A stretch of DNA of 64,000 bases from Amoebidium appalachense (taxonomy: Eukaryota; Protista; Ichthyosporea). Where the stretch lies: assembly GCA_963693365.1 (NCBI GenBank), contig CAVNZM010000011.1, positions 3,391,098 through 3,455,097 of the forward strand, written 5' to 3'. The position numbers and the translations under genes were made by a program. Each line of letters begins with the position of its first letter. Positions within the stretch are counted from its first letter, which is position 1. This document shows positions 12,350 through 27,273 of the stretch, piece by piece. Below the pieces are notes generated by a model. That model was not told the origin of the DNA, searched no databases, and saw nothing but the letters and a program-made list of their open reading frames with translations.

Positions 12350-14127
12350 ATGCTGGCTGTTTTGAAGTGCGCACCCGCCCTAGCCCCCGCGCTTGAGGCG
12401 TCTGTTGCGGCAGCTGTAGCCGCAGGGACAAGGAGGCAGCTTGCGAGAAGCTTCCACGGTGCCCGTGCAGCCTGGCAAGGTCTGTGTGTGTCTGTGTGTG
12501 CGTGTGTGTGTGTGCGTTTTGTACCCGTGTGCGTGCGTGTCTGCAAGTGCCTACGTGCGTGTGTGGTTCTTTATTCTCCCTTTTGGCACGTGGAATAGGC
12601 AGGCGGGGTTGGGGGAGAACTTTGACCGTGGAGCTTGAAGGGTTGGTTTGATAATAAAGTTGGAGAAAAGGAGGCATAAACCGCAAGTGACGAAGGGGGG
12701 GGGGGGGGGGAGGGGGGGGGCAGAGGGGAGGGAGGGAGCGAGGAAGGGGGAGGAGGGGAAGAGAGTGAACATGGAGAGGGGGGGTGTGGAGGGGGGCGAG
12801 GAAGGGTTTTGCTTGAAAGGAGGTGCAGGGGATGTGGGCTGCACCCCTTCTTGTGGGGTGTGCGGTGGTAGTGGTGTGGAGGGTCCTTGGGAGGGCGGGG
12901 GAGGGGGGAGGGGGGGGGGGGGGGGACCGAATGTGTCGTTCGAGAAAAAGAATGAAAGTTGTTACACTGATGGGATGCTACCCTTCTCTCCCCTCTCCTT
13001 TCCCCCCTCCTCTCCCCTGCGAAGCCCCTCCCTCCCTTTTTTGGCTCAACACCCCCAACAGTCGTTTTACAAGCTTGAAAGAGCTTTTTCTCTTCACATT
13101 CTATAAGCTGGTGGTGTCTCCGGGCAGTCTTATCTCAGCCGCTCCCCCCCCCCCCCCCCCCCCCCCCCAACCCTCCCCACCCCCTCTCCCCTACCCACGC
13201 ACACATTCTTTGTATTTTTCTTCGTAGCAACCATTGTCTATTTCTCGTGCTTTTCCTCCTCCTTCGCTCCCCTTCCCTCTTTCTCCGTTCTTTCTGTTCT
13301 GTACGTCCTCAACACCACCAGTCCCTCCCCCCCCCCCCCCCCCCCCCCCCCCCCACACACACACACATCACCACCACTTCCCTGGGGTCCGCCCTTTTAA
13401 ATCCCCTGCTCTATTCTTTGGCCCTTACCCCCACGCTTACACTTGCACACTCTTATCCGTCTCTTTGCTCCCCCCTTGCTCCTTCTCTTACTCATCCGAC
13501 TCAATGTCCCCCTGCACCCCCCTCCCCCCCAGGCCCCCACAGACTCTTTCCCTTTCCTTCTCTTTTGACGTTATGCTCCTCGTGTCCCCCCCTCCCTCCT
13601 TCTCCCTCCCTCCCCCCCCCCCCTCCCCCCCCCCCCCTCCCGGTGAGGATGAGCTCTGCTCATGGATGATACGCTTTGTGTGACTCCTACGTAATCTGCA
13701 TGGTGTCGCCCGTTGTGAAGGGGTGCTTCTTACACTGCATAGCTCTCTACCTCGCCCCCCACCTTCCCCCACCCCACCCCCTCCCCCTTTTGCCCACCTG
13801 CCCATTAAGCATCATGGCTAAGCTGCAATGAATGATGACCTCTCACTCTGCCCTGGTGCTGACACCCCTCTGATTTCACGCAGATGACAAGGAGGGAGAG
13901 GAAGCTAGGGAGGGGGCTGAGGGACCCTCTGCCGAGGAGGCTCTAAAAAAGGAAATCGAGACACTCAAGGCTAAGTTGGCCGAGCTTGATGTGAGTGGTC
14001 ACGTACACACACACATGCAACTCCCATACGTGCACGTTTCGTGCCTTCAAAATCGAAGGACATACTCGGGCGGCTGCTCTACGTGCAAGTATGCACGTAA
14101 CGTGTTTCCACTATCCCGGCCCTCCTC

Positions 14128-14162
<35 letters not shown>

Positions 14163-14375
14163 CCTCCAGTTTTTGTGTCTCTATCATGCTCTTTCTGTCT
14201 CATGCACCCACACTGCTCTTACAACTTTGAGCATGCACTTTCACCCCCCCCCCCCCCCCCCCCCACCCCCCCACCCCGCCCCCCCCCCCCACCCCGCCTA
14301 CCTGTCTTCCTCATTGTTTCTCTCTCTCTGTCCTCCCGTTTTTTCCCACCTTTTCCGCCCTCTTCCCCTATTTCC

Positions 14376-14410
<35 letters not shown>

Positions 14411-14928
14411 TTTCCCGTGTCCTCACCCCCGTGCTCGTTGCTGGGCCTCTTCCCTCCTGACCAACTCAATTTAAATTCCGTTTCTTTTTTTCACCCCTTT
14501 GTTGCAGTCTCTCTCTCTCCCCCTCCCCCCCTCTCCCGGGTCTCTTCTGCCCCTCCTCCTCTCCTGCGTGGACACTGTCCGTCTAATTCCGCCTTTTCCA
14601 ATACTGCTTCCCCCCCCCCCTCCCTCCAAACACACACGCGCACGCACACACACACACACAAACACAGGACAAGTACAAGCGCTCTCTTGCCGAGGCTGAG
14701 AACACACGGAGACGTGCCCGTGTGGAGGTCGAAAATGAGCGGCAGTTTGCCATCCAGGGCTTCAGCAAGAGCCTGATCCAGGTGGGTGGGTGTGTTTGTT
14801 TGTGTTTGTTTGTTTTGGGGTGTTTTTTTTTTTGGGGGGGGGGGGGTTGACTGGCGTGTGGGCGGGTGTGGGTGTGGATGTATATTGGCATGTGTGTATG
14901 CACGTGCCTGCGTTTGTTTGGGTTGTGG

Positions 14929-14970
<42 letters not shown>

Positions 14971-15044
14971 TGATAATTTGTGTTTGTGTTTGTGTACCTT
15001 GTTTGTACGTGTGTGCCTGTCGTGGGGGCATGTGTCTGATGGGT

Positions 15045-15078
<34 letters not shown>

Positions 15079-15222
15079 CCCCCGCCCTGCCATAGCTAAA
15101 TCTTTGATCTTTGAGGTGTTATGACGTCACTGGTCTAACCTCTTCCTACCGTGTCTGTTGTGTGTGTTGCCCCCCCCCCCCCCGCCCTGCCCAAACCCCG
15201 CCACGACCACCACCTCCCAGCC

Positions 15223-15288
<66 letters not shown>

Positions 15289-15325
15289 CCCCTTGCTCCC
15301 AATCCTCTCCTTTGTGTCTTTCCCT

Positions 15326-15364
<39 letters not shown>

Positions 15365-15943
15365 AAAAAAAAACGCACACACACACACCACCACCACCAC
15401 CACCACCACCACCCATCCTATCTCTTTCCACTCTAGTTCCCCTGCGAGAGCACACGGTCTCACTCTATTGTCTACTCTCTCAGTGCATTCCGTGCGATTC
15501 CAACCGTCTGCGTGTCTTCCATATCCCCCCCTCCCTCCCCCTTCCTGCTTGCCCGTCATGAATGTGTACTTCGTACTCTGACGCTTACTACCCCCCTCTC
15601 TCCCCCCCCCCCTTACACATGCACACACACACACACCTATGGCATTTTTCTAGCTCCAACTCCAAGAGAGACTGGCCGGTGGAGGGGGGGGAGGGGGTAG
15701 GAGGGGATTTTTCCTATTCTTCAGGGTTCCCTCTGCCATTACCGATCGTTGGTTGAGCGTTAATCCTAAACCAATTGACCCAATCAGGTTGCGGACATAT
15801 TCGATCTTGCAACCAACTCTGTGGACAAGGCGCAGATCGAGAGCAATGGGGCCTACAAGAATCTGTTTGAGGGGCTGACCATGACACAGGCTGAACTCTA
15901 TAAGGTCTTTAAGCGCCATGGCTTGGAGAGGTTCGAGGTGCGT

Positions 15944-15980
<37 letters not shown>

Positions 15981-16053
15981 CCCACAAGGCATGCACATGC
16001 ACATGCACAGGTTTACATGTACTCACGCGCGCGCGCACACACACACACACGCT

Positions 16054-16094
<41 letters not shown>

Positions 16095-16383
16095 AGAGAG
16101 AGAGAGATGAGTGAGTGAGTGATTGAGTGAGTGAGGCATACACGGCGCCTACACCCAGACAGACGCACACGCCCGCACACACACAAACAAAGAGAGAGAA
16201 AGAGAAACAGAGAGAGAGGCATGTACACCGGTGCACACACACACACACATACAAGTGCATGCGCACACACACACACACACACACCTTCCCCATGTTTGCC
16301 CTATGCTGCCTCTCTGGTTGGCCCGTAGCGCTGGTTCTCATCGTTCTCATCGCCTGTTTGCTCATCGTCCTTTTATCCCCCCT

Positions 16384-16414
<31 letters not shown>

Positions 16415-16788
16415 TCCCTTCCACCCCTCTTCTCGGACACACACACGTGCACATCACCATATTCACACACATCCACGTACACACCGCTGCACCCACACAC
16501 GTACATACACTCACACACCCCGCTGCACCCACACGCGTACACAACTTTCCACCTACAGACGTACACACCTTTCCACCCACACACGCACACGCACACACCC
16601 ACCCACACACACGTACACACGTGCAGCCCATGGGGGAGAAGTTTGATCCCAATGCGCACGAGGCGCTCTTTGAGCTTCCAGACCCTTCCAAGGAGCCCGG
16701 CACCGTGGCCGTGGTGCAAAAGTGCGGTTACAAGCTCAACGGCAGAACACTGCGCGCCGCTGCAGTGGGTGTGGTCAGGGACCAGTAG
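12350..16788 (+). CDS. grpE: Mitochondrial GrpE nucleotide-exchange factor (Mge1/GRPEL-like), 5 exons
   Basis: Exons 12350-12479, 13884-13990, 14668-14781, 15788-15937, 16627-16788, all GT-AG and phase-consistent. Motifs [60 protein letters not shown]. Arg/Ala-rich presequence. Confidence 0.95.
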
Positions 16789-18383
16789 GAAATCCTTTTT
16801 AAATTTTAACTTGCTCCGTGGTTATTTATGTCTTCCTCGATTTGCAGTTCAGTACCCGTGTGTATTTATAGACATTGGCGTATCGTTTTATAGCACAAGT
16901 GCGTGTCGAATAGATCATGGGTGCTAGAATCATCTGTCGATATATTTCATATTCTGCAGCCAATGAAGACCTTTCTCTGTGGTGGTATCTCTATAATCCA
17001 TTGGTGTCTTTTTGGTCAAACACAACTGGTGTGGGCGAATCTTTTTAATCGCTCAATTTCCATGATTTCACACCACACACAGAAATAGTGGGGGATTTTT
17101 TGCTCTAACATGTGAATGACGTTAAGGGATGCACTACTATTGAAAGGGGGACGGGTGCAGATTTTCTAATACCTGCAGCCGAAATATTATTGGTTGGGTT
17201 TTACATTTTGATTGGCTCGTGGTGACTTTAAATCCAAACAGAGCATTTTGATTGGGTGCCGCTAAGCCCTGGTGGCTTGTAGCTCCCTTCCTCTTCCACA
17301 CACAAATAGACAAAAGTATGTTTTTTCCACCCTTGTACCTGCAGTCGCTAGGCTGTGACCTTTCTGTGACAATAATGATGAAAGTGTTGGTGCAGCTTGG
17401 GCGTGTCAGTGTGATACCGCCGAAAAGAAGAGGTGAGAGGCTTGTTCATGGGGCAAACACACGCACACACACCATGATAGTATGACACTCACATATATTA
17501 AAGCGTTCTACAGGGAAAACTGTGTCCTTCGGAGGATGAAGGAGTGGCGTTTAACCCTACACATTCAGAGACCAAGCTTAAGTGCATGTTCGTCCATGGT
17601 CCGGATCCTGGGCTCCCCGGGTTCTCCCTCATGATGATCCTCCCTGAATGCTTCCTACCCTCCCTCCCCCCCCCCCCCCCCCAAACACACACACACACGC
17701 ACCTCCTTTTTGGGCACCTTTTTGTGGTCTGAAGTTCCTGCAACACTGGCAAACATTACCAGCGGGCGGGGAAGGGGGGGTGGTGGTTGGGGGGGGGGGG
17801 GGGGGGGAGGAGAGAGAGAGAGAGAGAGAGAGGAGGGGAGGAGAAAGAGAGAGAGAGAGAGAGGGAGGGGAGGAGAAAGAGAGAGAGAGAGCGAGAGGGA
17901 GGGGGGGAGAGAGAGAGAGAGAAGGCCCCTCTCTCCCGGGGGGGGGGGGGGGAGGGGGAGATCGAGAGCGTGGGAGGGTCCCGGAGGGAGCGAAGGAGAC
18001 TGAGAGGGAGAGAGGAAAGAAGGAAATTTGTGAGTCACTTGCGTGCACCCAGATGAATTATTTAATTGAATAGCTTAATCTGGCCTGAAAAGCTATCGAT
18101 CAGAAATAGCACAAATTGACTTTTAGGTAAATAGAGCCTGTCATACACATCATAACAATTGCAGAGAACTGCCCGGAGTATTTACCGTTAATATGTATAG
18201 TGTTTTGACTCACCCCCCCCCCCCCCCCCCCCCCCCCAACACACACACACATCTCTTCCTTTTCCCCTACACGCACACACAAAGGCACACGCACACGCGC
18301 GCACACACACACACGCGCACGCACGCGCACACGCACGTGCGCGCGCACACACACGCACACACATACACACACACAGACGCGAA

Positions 18384-18453
<70 letters not shown>

Positions 18454-19065
18454 GCACGCACGCACTCATGCACGCACACGCACACGCACACGCACACGCA
18501 CTGCACGCACACGCACACGAACACGCAAGTGCTCACACGGCACACACACGCACACACATAACTCTTGTGCGGGTACTCTGCCGTCGTGCCCCATTCACCC
18601 GCCACTACTTATTCACATGCCACTCCTCATAATGACTCCAGGGGCCCTCTTCACTACACCTTTGCTCACACCGAGCCTCCTCGGTCTCTTCCGTTTCAGA
18701 CCTCTCTACCACGTGTACTGTACACTCCCGAACTGTGAACAGCCTACGTGTCGGATCAAAAGCGAGAAAGAGAGTAGAAGGCGATGTAGCATGCAGCTAA
18801 GTATGATAGGCAAGCCCTCTCCGCTTCCAAGAAGCATTCCAACATGTTCATATTTATTGGTGATTGCCACACACAAACCTACATATACATCGGGCTGGTA
18901 TTAAGGGGGGCCGAGTATTCGAGTATCGCAATCTGAAATGTGCACTTTGTTGGTCTCAGACATGTGCACGTGGTAACGGTATTTGTGGGAAACAGTGATC
19001 AAAACCGAAGAGCAAGCAGTTATCAAAACACGAATGACTACTCCACCAGGGGTAAGAGGGGCGGG

Positions 19066-19103
<38 letters not shown>

Positions 19104-19480
19104 TGTTGCACAATGAAAAGACAACTGAAGGTAAGTTCACAGCCGCTGGTAATGCTACTGATCCTGTGCAGAAAAGAACTGGCACAGGCAAAATGTGCAA
19201 CAAAGTAGAACCCATACTTGCAATGGGGCCAAGCAGGCTCAAGCCATCCACAGCACCCGAATCAGACCCAATCCACTGTGACCTTGGGTCATCCGTCTCG
19301 ATTAGAGTTGAAACAGTTACAACTGTGAGCAGGCAGTGGAAGCAAATTACATTGTTGCAGCTGTAAGAAGGAATCTAGGAAAAGTCGATCGAAACACAAA
19401 CTCATGAAAGGCGATAGTTTGGGGAGGCACCGCCGTGGCTTCCTAAGCGAATAATTTCCTGGCTTACATACGGGCAACTT

Positions 19481-19558
<78 letters not shown>

Positions 19559-19618
19559 CGTGTGCGTGTGCGTGTGCGTATGATGTATGTGTGTGTGTGT
19601 GTGTGTGTGTGCGTGCGT

Positions 19619-19678
<60 letters not shown>

Positions 19679-19835
19679 CCGCACACGTGCACGGGTGTGT
19701 GTGCATGTGTGTGCGGGTGGGCGGGCGGGGGGGGGGGGGGGGGGGGGGGAGGGGGGAAGGAAGGGGGGTCGACGGGAAATAGCAGCATGGTGGTGGTGGT
19801 CGGTGAGGGGGGGGAGGGGGTGGGGTGGGGGGGGG

Positions 19836-19873
<38 letters not shown>

Positions 19874-20548
19874 AACAAAAACTTTCTCGATGGCGACACG
19901 GTGATCTTAGACCTTTCTTCCTTGCATCGGATTATCGAGTGAAAACCACCATCCACAACCTCAACCTCCTTCCCGCCTCTAAGATAGTACTCCGCTCCCT
20001 CACTTCCCTCACACGGTTTCTCTTCCGTCGATATCCGGTCATCCGAAAGTATCTTCTTAACGTTTCAACTGGCATCCTTCTAATTTATCGATATCCTTTC
20101 TTCGTTTGTGTCTGCCCTGTCCCCCTCGTTGATGTGTTCGTCCGTCCAACCACTCCGTTGCCACTCCGGACTCTCATCTGTAACCCTAATACTCTCAAAC
20201 CTGAGGCCTGTGGCCAGATCACATCTCTTTCTCAAAAACCAAAACCTGTCAATGACTCATTCCCCTCCCCTTCCCCTCCCCTCCCTTCCCCTCCCCTCCC
20301 CCCCCCCGCCCCCTTCCCCCACACACACACATACTGATCAATACACACACATATTTATCTAAAGTGTGTGTGTGTGGGGGGGGGGGGGGGGAGAGGGGGG
20401 AGGGGGGTGTAGAGGGGGGGGGGGGGGGGAGGGGGAGAAGAGGAAACCATATCATTTGGCAACTACAAATAATAAACGGGAACGTAATGGCACACCGCAG
20501 GTATTCAGTGAGGCGACTTAGAACTTGCCTGGGAGGGGTTTTGGAGGT

Positions 20549-20609
<61 letters not shown>

Positions 20610-20630
20610 CGGGGGGGGGGGGGGGGCGGG

Positions 20631-20682
<52 letters not shown>

Positions 20683-21616
20683 CGTCACAGGGGGTAGGGG
20701 GAGGGGGGAGGGGGAGGGAGGGGGAGGCCTAGCTAGGAGAGATGACTCGGGACTCGTGAACAACCTGATCAGGGAAGCAAGCAATGACCATGCAGTTAAG
20801 ATACCTCGAGAGAGTGATTGTCCTGATAACCTGCCCTGTGACCCTGTGATTGACCCTGTGATTGACTTCCCCCAACATTGGCAATGCCTCACGATGATCG
20901 TGATCGAGCTCCCCCCCCCCCGGCCCTTGAGCTTCTAGGCCTCCCCTCCTTAATCCCCCCCCCCCCCCCCCCCCCCCTCCCCCCCCCCCCCCCCCCCCCC
21001 CCTCCCCCCCCCCCCCCACCCACCCACCCACCCACCCACCCACCCACACCCAGCCCCCTCCCCCCTTAGTTTTGTTTTGTTCGATGGTCACCACATGATG
21101 GGCCCGTCCGAGACACCAGCCTAAGTCACGGACTATGGTTACAGGGTTAGAAATATAGTCTGGAGACCCCAGCATCATTCATGACCGACACATGCCCGCC
21201 TACTCCTATAACTCACAATTTAACACCTGCCACACCAAAAACTTACTCTCGACGAGGAGATGACAATCGCGATAGTTGTTTGGGATTGTTTTGGCTACAA
21301 ACGGCAAGTGGCTTATAGGGCCCTAACGGCTCAGAATATCCAGGCACAGTTTCGAAACCTGGATAGCGCATTCCAAAGGATAAACATCAACTGCACAGCG
21401 ATTGGTCGCGCGACTTCGGGCGCATTCCTCAGATCGACATCCCGAGTATACAAACTGCAGCTCCAGCAGTCAAAACCCAACAAGTTGCCACTCATCAGCT
21501 CATCCTTCCACGGCTTCGTACTGCTCTGCTCTCCAGCGTTATTGGCGACATCACGCCCATCGCTCTCATACAGACCTTAAGCAACCCTTCCATTACCAAC
21601 CCTGCACCTATCCACC

Positions 21617-22546
21617 ATGGGTCACGACCAGAGCAAGCCCTCTTGCAGCAGCCCTGCCTGCCGCAATGCCGCCTCACGCCGCAGCATCGACACCGTGAAT
21701 TCTCCCCCCGCGGCTGCTGCCCAGCCTGCCGGTGTGGGTCGTCCCCCAGCGGCCGCCAAACCCGCGGCCCTCAGTAGTTCGGCGACCGCTGCTGCCAGTG
21801 GCCGGCGCCGTGACGTCATCGTGGACGACCAGCAGCCGGCCGCAGCCAGTGACGACTTGGTGGTTGTGGGCGGCGTGCTGCCGCCCTTCACACGCACACA
21901 GACGCCCCCAGCAGATACCTCCGCCCTGCCTGGCGCCACCCAGGCTGCCACCCAGGCTGCCACCCAGGCTGCTACCCAGGCTGCCACCCAGGCTGCTACC
22001 CAGGCTGCCCTCCCATGGCCAACACCAAACGTTGAAATCTCCATCCCCGCAGTGCGCCGTGACGTCAACTCGCCCTTGCCGTCTGCCACCCAGGCCGCCC
22101 TTCCTACGGCCATGGAGGCTCTGCCTGCTGGTCCTCCCACACCGCTGCAGACTGTGGATGTGTCACGTGACGGCGTGCACGTGGTGGCCCGCTGTGCGCC
22201 GACCAATAGTGATGAAGGGTTGGATGGGGCCAGTGTGGGTGTGGGAATGGTGGCAGGGGGGGGTGTTGGTGGCGTTGGTGGCATTTGTGGTGTTGGCGGC
22301 GGTGAAGAGGTCAAAGAGGACACAGCGGGGGGATGGGGTGCGTGTAGAGCTGCAGAGCTCCGAGAGTATGGCATAGATCGATATGTGCACCAGCTAGTCC
22401 TTCATGTGATCACAAGAGTACATGTTGACACGTTGAGAATCACTAAACTTCTGTTCAACTTCCAAGTTTCACATGCACACCAAACCTACTATGTATCTGC
22501 CATCGTCGTATACAGTTGTTATTTACGTGCAGCACATGAGCAGTAG
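21617..22546 (+). CDS. Hypothetical Ala/Pro-rich protein (possibly the first exon of a larger gene or element)
   Basis: 309-codon ORF that is not microsatellite-derived. No recognisable domain. Confidence 0.3.
   Translation: MGHDQSKPSCSSPACRNAASRRSIDTVNSPPAAAAQPAGVGRPPAAAKPAALSSSATAAASGRRRDVIVDDQQPAAASDDLVVVGGVLPPFTRTQTPPADTSALPGATQAATQAATQAATQAATQAATQAALPWPTPNVEISIPAVRRDVNSPLPSATQAALPTAMEALPAGPPTPLQTVDVSRDGVHVVARCAPTNSDEGLDGASVGVGMVAGGGVGGVGGICGVGGGEEVKEDTAGGWGACRAAELREYGIDRYVHQLVLHVITRVHVDTLRITKLLFNFQVSHAHQTYYVSAIVVYSCYLRAAHEQ
21935..22006 (+). repeat. 12-bp tandem repeat x6 (GCYACCCAGGCT, encoding ATQA)
   Basis: Six head-to-tail units read directly from the sequence. Confidence 0.9.
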
Positions 22547-23301
22547 GAGGGTTTGTTAAAACCTTGTGATGACTGTGTGACCCTGCAGTGGAGAAATCAC
22601 ACGTTGCCGCACATCCAAATTAAATATAGTCAAACCATGTTCCAAAATATATCATGAGTACGGGACTGTTGAACAGCTCAAAGGGAGGGACGGAGGTACG
22701 GAACATGACGCCGTTGTCCGGCTGCAATAATTATAGATACTTAATTACAGGAATATGTATATACTGTTAACTGGATACAATGTGACATCATACTGCTTAC
22801 TTTTGCCCAACTTCTACGTATGTATCTTAAATCCATGGGCCCCAGGTTACGTAGAGAGAGAGAGAGGGGGGGGGGGGGGGGGGGGGGGGAGAAGGGGGGG
22901 AGGGGGGGGGGGGGGGGGAGGGGGTTGAGTAACTACGATGTTTCAGGCCTTTGTTCTTTTTTTCAATTGAACCATTGTTTAGCGCATCTTGTCCGACACC
23001 GCCTTCCGTTGGTGCTGGCCTAGCAAAGTAATTTACATATGTAACTGTATTAAAATGCCTAGGACTTAGAGCATGGTCCAAGCTATTTATGATCTTGACA
23101 GGCAATTTCAACACGACTATATGTCCGACAACGGTATGTATGTAGTCGCCGAGTGTGCCACCGTCAAATTTGTTCGCCACTTTTGGCATGCCACAGTACC
23201 CCAGCTTATACTCGAAGTTCTCACTGCTACCAAACTATTGAAAATTCTGACGTGGCGTTCTTCTTTTCAAAGAGAAAAGCCCCCCCCACCCACCCACCTT
23301 C

Positions 23302-23332
<31 letters not shown>

Positions 23333-24515
23333 ACACACACACACAAGTCACCACCACCACCACCCCAACCCTCCAACACCACCACGGTACAATGCAACCA
23401 CAGACGTCAACACGGACATAGTGTACATGCACGAACTTCTGGCACACGCAGGCGGCACGCTCGCGGACGTACGCACACACACACACATACACACACGCAC
23501 ATACGCACAAAGGCACACACACACCACGGCGGTGCATACACAAGCAGTGTGCACACAGCATGTCATCGGACCACTGCAAATAGGTCATGGGCGGGGGAGA
23601 GTAAAGATGTTTGTTTCACACTGTGTGTACATATTCGTGTCAACTTTTACCCTATATATCTCAGATGGTAGTATGGTTTGTATGTGTGTGTGTGTGTGTG
23701 TGCGTGCCCGCCCTCACAGCTGCAACTCAAGCTCCTCCTCCCGGTGCACCTACCCCGAACTCCCCTGATTACGAGCTCCCCATGGCCACAAAAAGACCGG
23801 GCATGAGCAAACTTGGGTGACAAAATGGGGAATGGACCAAGAAACAACGCCAAGGCGAAAAAAAAAATGCGTATTGAAACGGGTAATACCGTAGCAAGGA
23901 ATACATATACTTGGCAGGGGAATATATATACGTAGCAAGGGGGCAAAAAAAAAAACTAACAAACGTAAGAGACTACAAGAGGCCCTCGAGTCTCAAGTTA
24001 AGCCAAGGCTTGGCTCACAGGCTGAGCGCGGCAAACTTTGTGGGTTGGACTTGGAGTGTATGTATCGTGCCCCTATCATAAGTTGTACCGCATCTTCTTG
24101 CAAAACGTAAACAGGGGAATGTAAAAGGTTTCTTTTAATTAATTAAAAAGTTTTCAACCGATAACTGATTTTTGCAGAAATATTAACATAGTACTACACC
24201 CGCCCTGCAAGCAAAGCACCCTTACGGAATACTTGCTCACAATGCATTGGCAAAGATTTGCCCCCTTCCGGAGTATGCAATGACGTAACTGGTTGACCCC
24301 CTCCAGAGCTCCCCAGCCCACAGAAAACAGAAAACGAAAACTCGAACAGAAACGTTTCATCAAATAGCGGGTTGTATGTTTCAACAAGGGGAGGTTATGA
24401 GCTTTCCACCCCTAATCCAAGCCTGTTCAATCGTCTTTTTCTTTGGCTACACACACCTATCTATTACTAGGGGAGGTAGTTTTATTTTCTGGCCCCTGTG
24501 GGCCTGAACAGCAAC

Positions 24516-24601
24516 ATGGCGGTCGGGCGGCTGACTCGTCTGTTCGCTCTCCTGCCCCGTGCGTTTGGGGCTAGGCAGGGTGAGTGCCTCTTGTTTTTGG
24601 T

Positions 24602-24635
<34 letters not shown>

Positions 24636-24654
24636 CCTCGCTGAGACACCCTCT

Positions 24655-24693
<39 letters not shown>

Positions 24694-25346
24694 AAAAAGT
24701 CGTTTCTCTTTTCACTTCCTTTGCCTTTTTCGCGCCCATGTAGCCTGGCAAGTGTTGGGGACAGATCGTTCCAAATTGCATCCACACTTTCTTCTGACTC
24801 GTTAGTGACATCTCTGTTCCGAAAGGTCGGTGACTTTTCTGGAAGGTTGGCTTTCATCCATGTCACTTTCCTGGCACATTCCTTCTCGATCGTCGGGGAC
24901 ATACATGAAAGGATTGGGTTTTGTGTTTTCATTGGTTTTGTCCTGCTCTATCTTTATGATTCCCCTCCCCCTCCCTTCCCCGCCAGTGTTCTTGCTGAAA
25001 CGTCCAGTCACTTGTATTGCATTGAAAAACAGTTGTCCCTTCTGTCTATGCCTGGCGTTCACCCTGCTCTATTGTCAACACCTCCGTTCTACTCCCCCCA
25101 TTCCCCCCCCCCCCCCCCTCCCCCCCCCCCCCCCCATCCCATTTAAGGAAGGAGGGGGAGAAAAGAACAAAAAGGGAAAGGATGATAAGACATCGGACAA
25201 AACTCTTGTGGCTGACACTTCACCTCATCTGCCACCCAACCTCCTCGATTGCCTGATACACACTTAACCCCCCCCCCCCCCCCCCCCTCCCTCCCACACA
25301 CACCCATGCACGTGCGGGCACGCGCGCGCACACACGCACATGCGCG

Positions 25347-25381
<35 letters not shown>

Positions 25382-26797
25382 AGCGATCCAGAGAGCGCCC
25401 ACGCCCCTCTCTGTTCTTCTTCGTTGCGGTGTTCCGAACAGAACCACTGCCGTTGCTAAGGGCCTGGTTGTTTCGCGCGTTTTGGTTGGCTGTTCGCGTC
25501 CTGCGCCTTCCATATTTGGTCAACTTCGCACCAGCACACGTGCGCTTTCGCACTCCCTTTCTGCTTGGAGGAGCAGGGTGCCATCCGGGCAGTTGATACG
25601 AAATGCTTTTGGACCAAAGAGTGGGAGGACACTGGGGTTGGCTGCATGCCTGGGTGAGTGATCTGCCTTTGCAACCATGTTTACGGATCGCTTTACCTTG
25701 TGATAGGCCGACTTGTGGTATTTATCTTGTTTTTTCCCCAGTAAGCCACAACAGTTTGTGTGTTTGTGTTGCAAAAAGGTGTTTCGAATTTACACTCTTG
25801 GATTTAATTTGAACATTCCTGGTGAGTTTGTGAATGTTTGTGCCTAAAATGCTGTTCATGTATCTTTTCGTTCATGTGTGTGTGTGTGTGGATGGTGGTT
25901 GTCTTTTTTTGTTGTTGTTGTCGTTGGGGGGAGAGGGGGGGGGAGAGGGAGGAGGGGGGCAGCAGCAGCAGAATTCGAGGTGAAATGGTGGTTCTCCTGA
26001 TACTAACCTGTCTCCCCCCCCCCCCCCCCCCCCCCCTTCCCTGGGGAACACACACACACATGCACACACGCACACACACACGGGCGCGCACACACACACA
26101 TACAAAAACAAAACGAAAAAACAAAACAAACAGGGGTGTGTGCCCAAGTGTCGCCTGCCCACACAGAGCCAGCACACACTGTGGCCCGATTCGACCTCCC
26201 CCTGACGGCCGTGGCACTGAGGCTGACAGCAAAAGGGGGGATCCTTGAGGCACCACGTGATCCAAAGGTGGGGGTTTTTCTTATTTACAACCCTCCTTAG
26301 GGCTTTGATCGTGGGTATTCCTTTCCTGCAGTGTATTAGGGTGAGGGGAAATGAAATCATGAATAGCTTTTTCGTTATACATAAGTATAACAGGATGAGC
26401 CGGCTGAAAGGGGAGGAGAGGTGCTTTATAACGCTTGGTTGAGCATGGAATCAGATTTATCACATGTTTGCTCATACATATTGAAAATTACACACACACA
26501 TGCACACACGCACAGGCAAATGGATGCGCGCGCGTACACACACACGTTCACACACTCACGCACACAGACGCTGCTTGCTGTGGCCTACTCCGAATGCCAG
26601 CGTCTGCACTTTGAGCTCAGCCGTCAGGCACAGAGGGAGGAGGAATCTATGCGGGTTCGCAAACAGGTTGGTGCAAATCTTGAAATTTGAAATTTCAATT
26701 TTGTTGTTTTGTGTGCATGACCATAGCGTCAAATGGCTGGTGGCTGTGGAGCTTTGAAACGTTCTACTGTAGATGACTGTATCTCCCCCCTCCCCCC

Positions 26798-26829
<32 letters not shown>

Positions 26830-26876
26830 AAAAAAATAAAAAAATACATAAATAAATAAATAATAGAAAAAAATAA

Positions 26877-26924
<48 letters not shown>

Positions 26925-27208
26925 CGCATGAAGAAGTAGAACAAGAACAAAAGAAGAGATCAGAAAAAGGAACGGACTGTTGGAAAGCGTCTTTCACACG
27001 CACTCACACCCACATTCTCTTATACGGACTGGTGTACGTAAAATGTTGGATCCTTGAAACTCTGTTGCGGCTATGCATTACTGTAGTGTGTGTGAAGAGC
27101 GAAGGCTCTCAAGTCGCCCCCTGTGCTGAACCATAAACTCCCCCGCCACCCTGCTTCTGCGAGTCCCTTGTCGTGCACACGACACACACACACGCGCGCA
27201 CACACACA

Positions 27209-27273
<65 letters not shown>

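Noticed and set aside
19870-20260. Minus-strand KDIDKLEGCQ motif resembling LINE ORF2
   Set aside because: A single short motif amid stops; too degenerate to call.
21617-23770. Possible spliced transposase or Fanzor-like gene
   Set aside because: No RuvC, DDE or zinc-finger catalytic motifs found in candidate exons.
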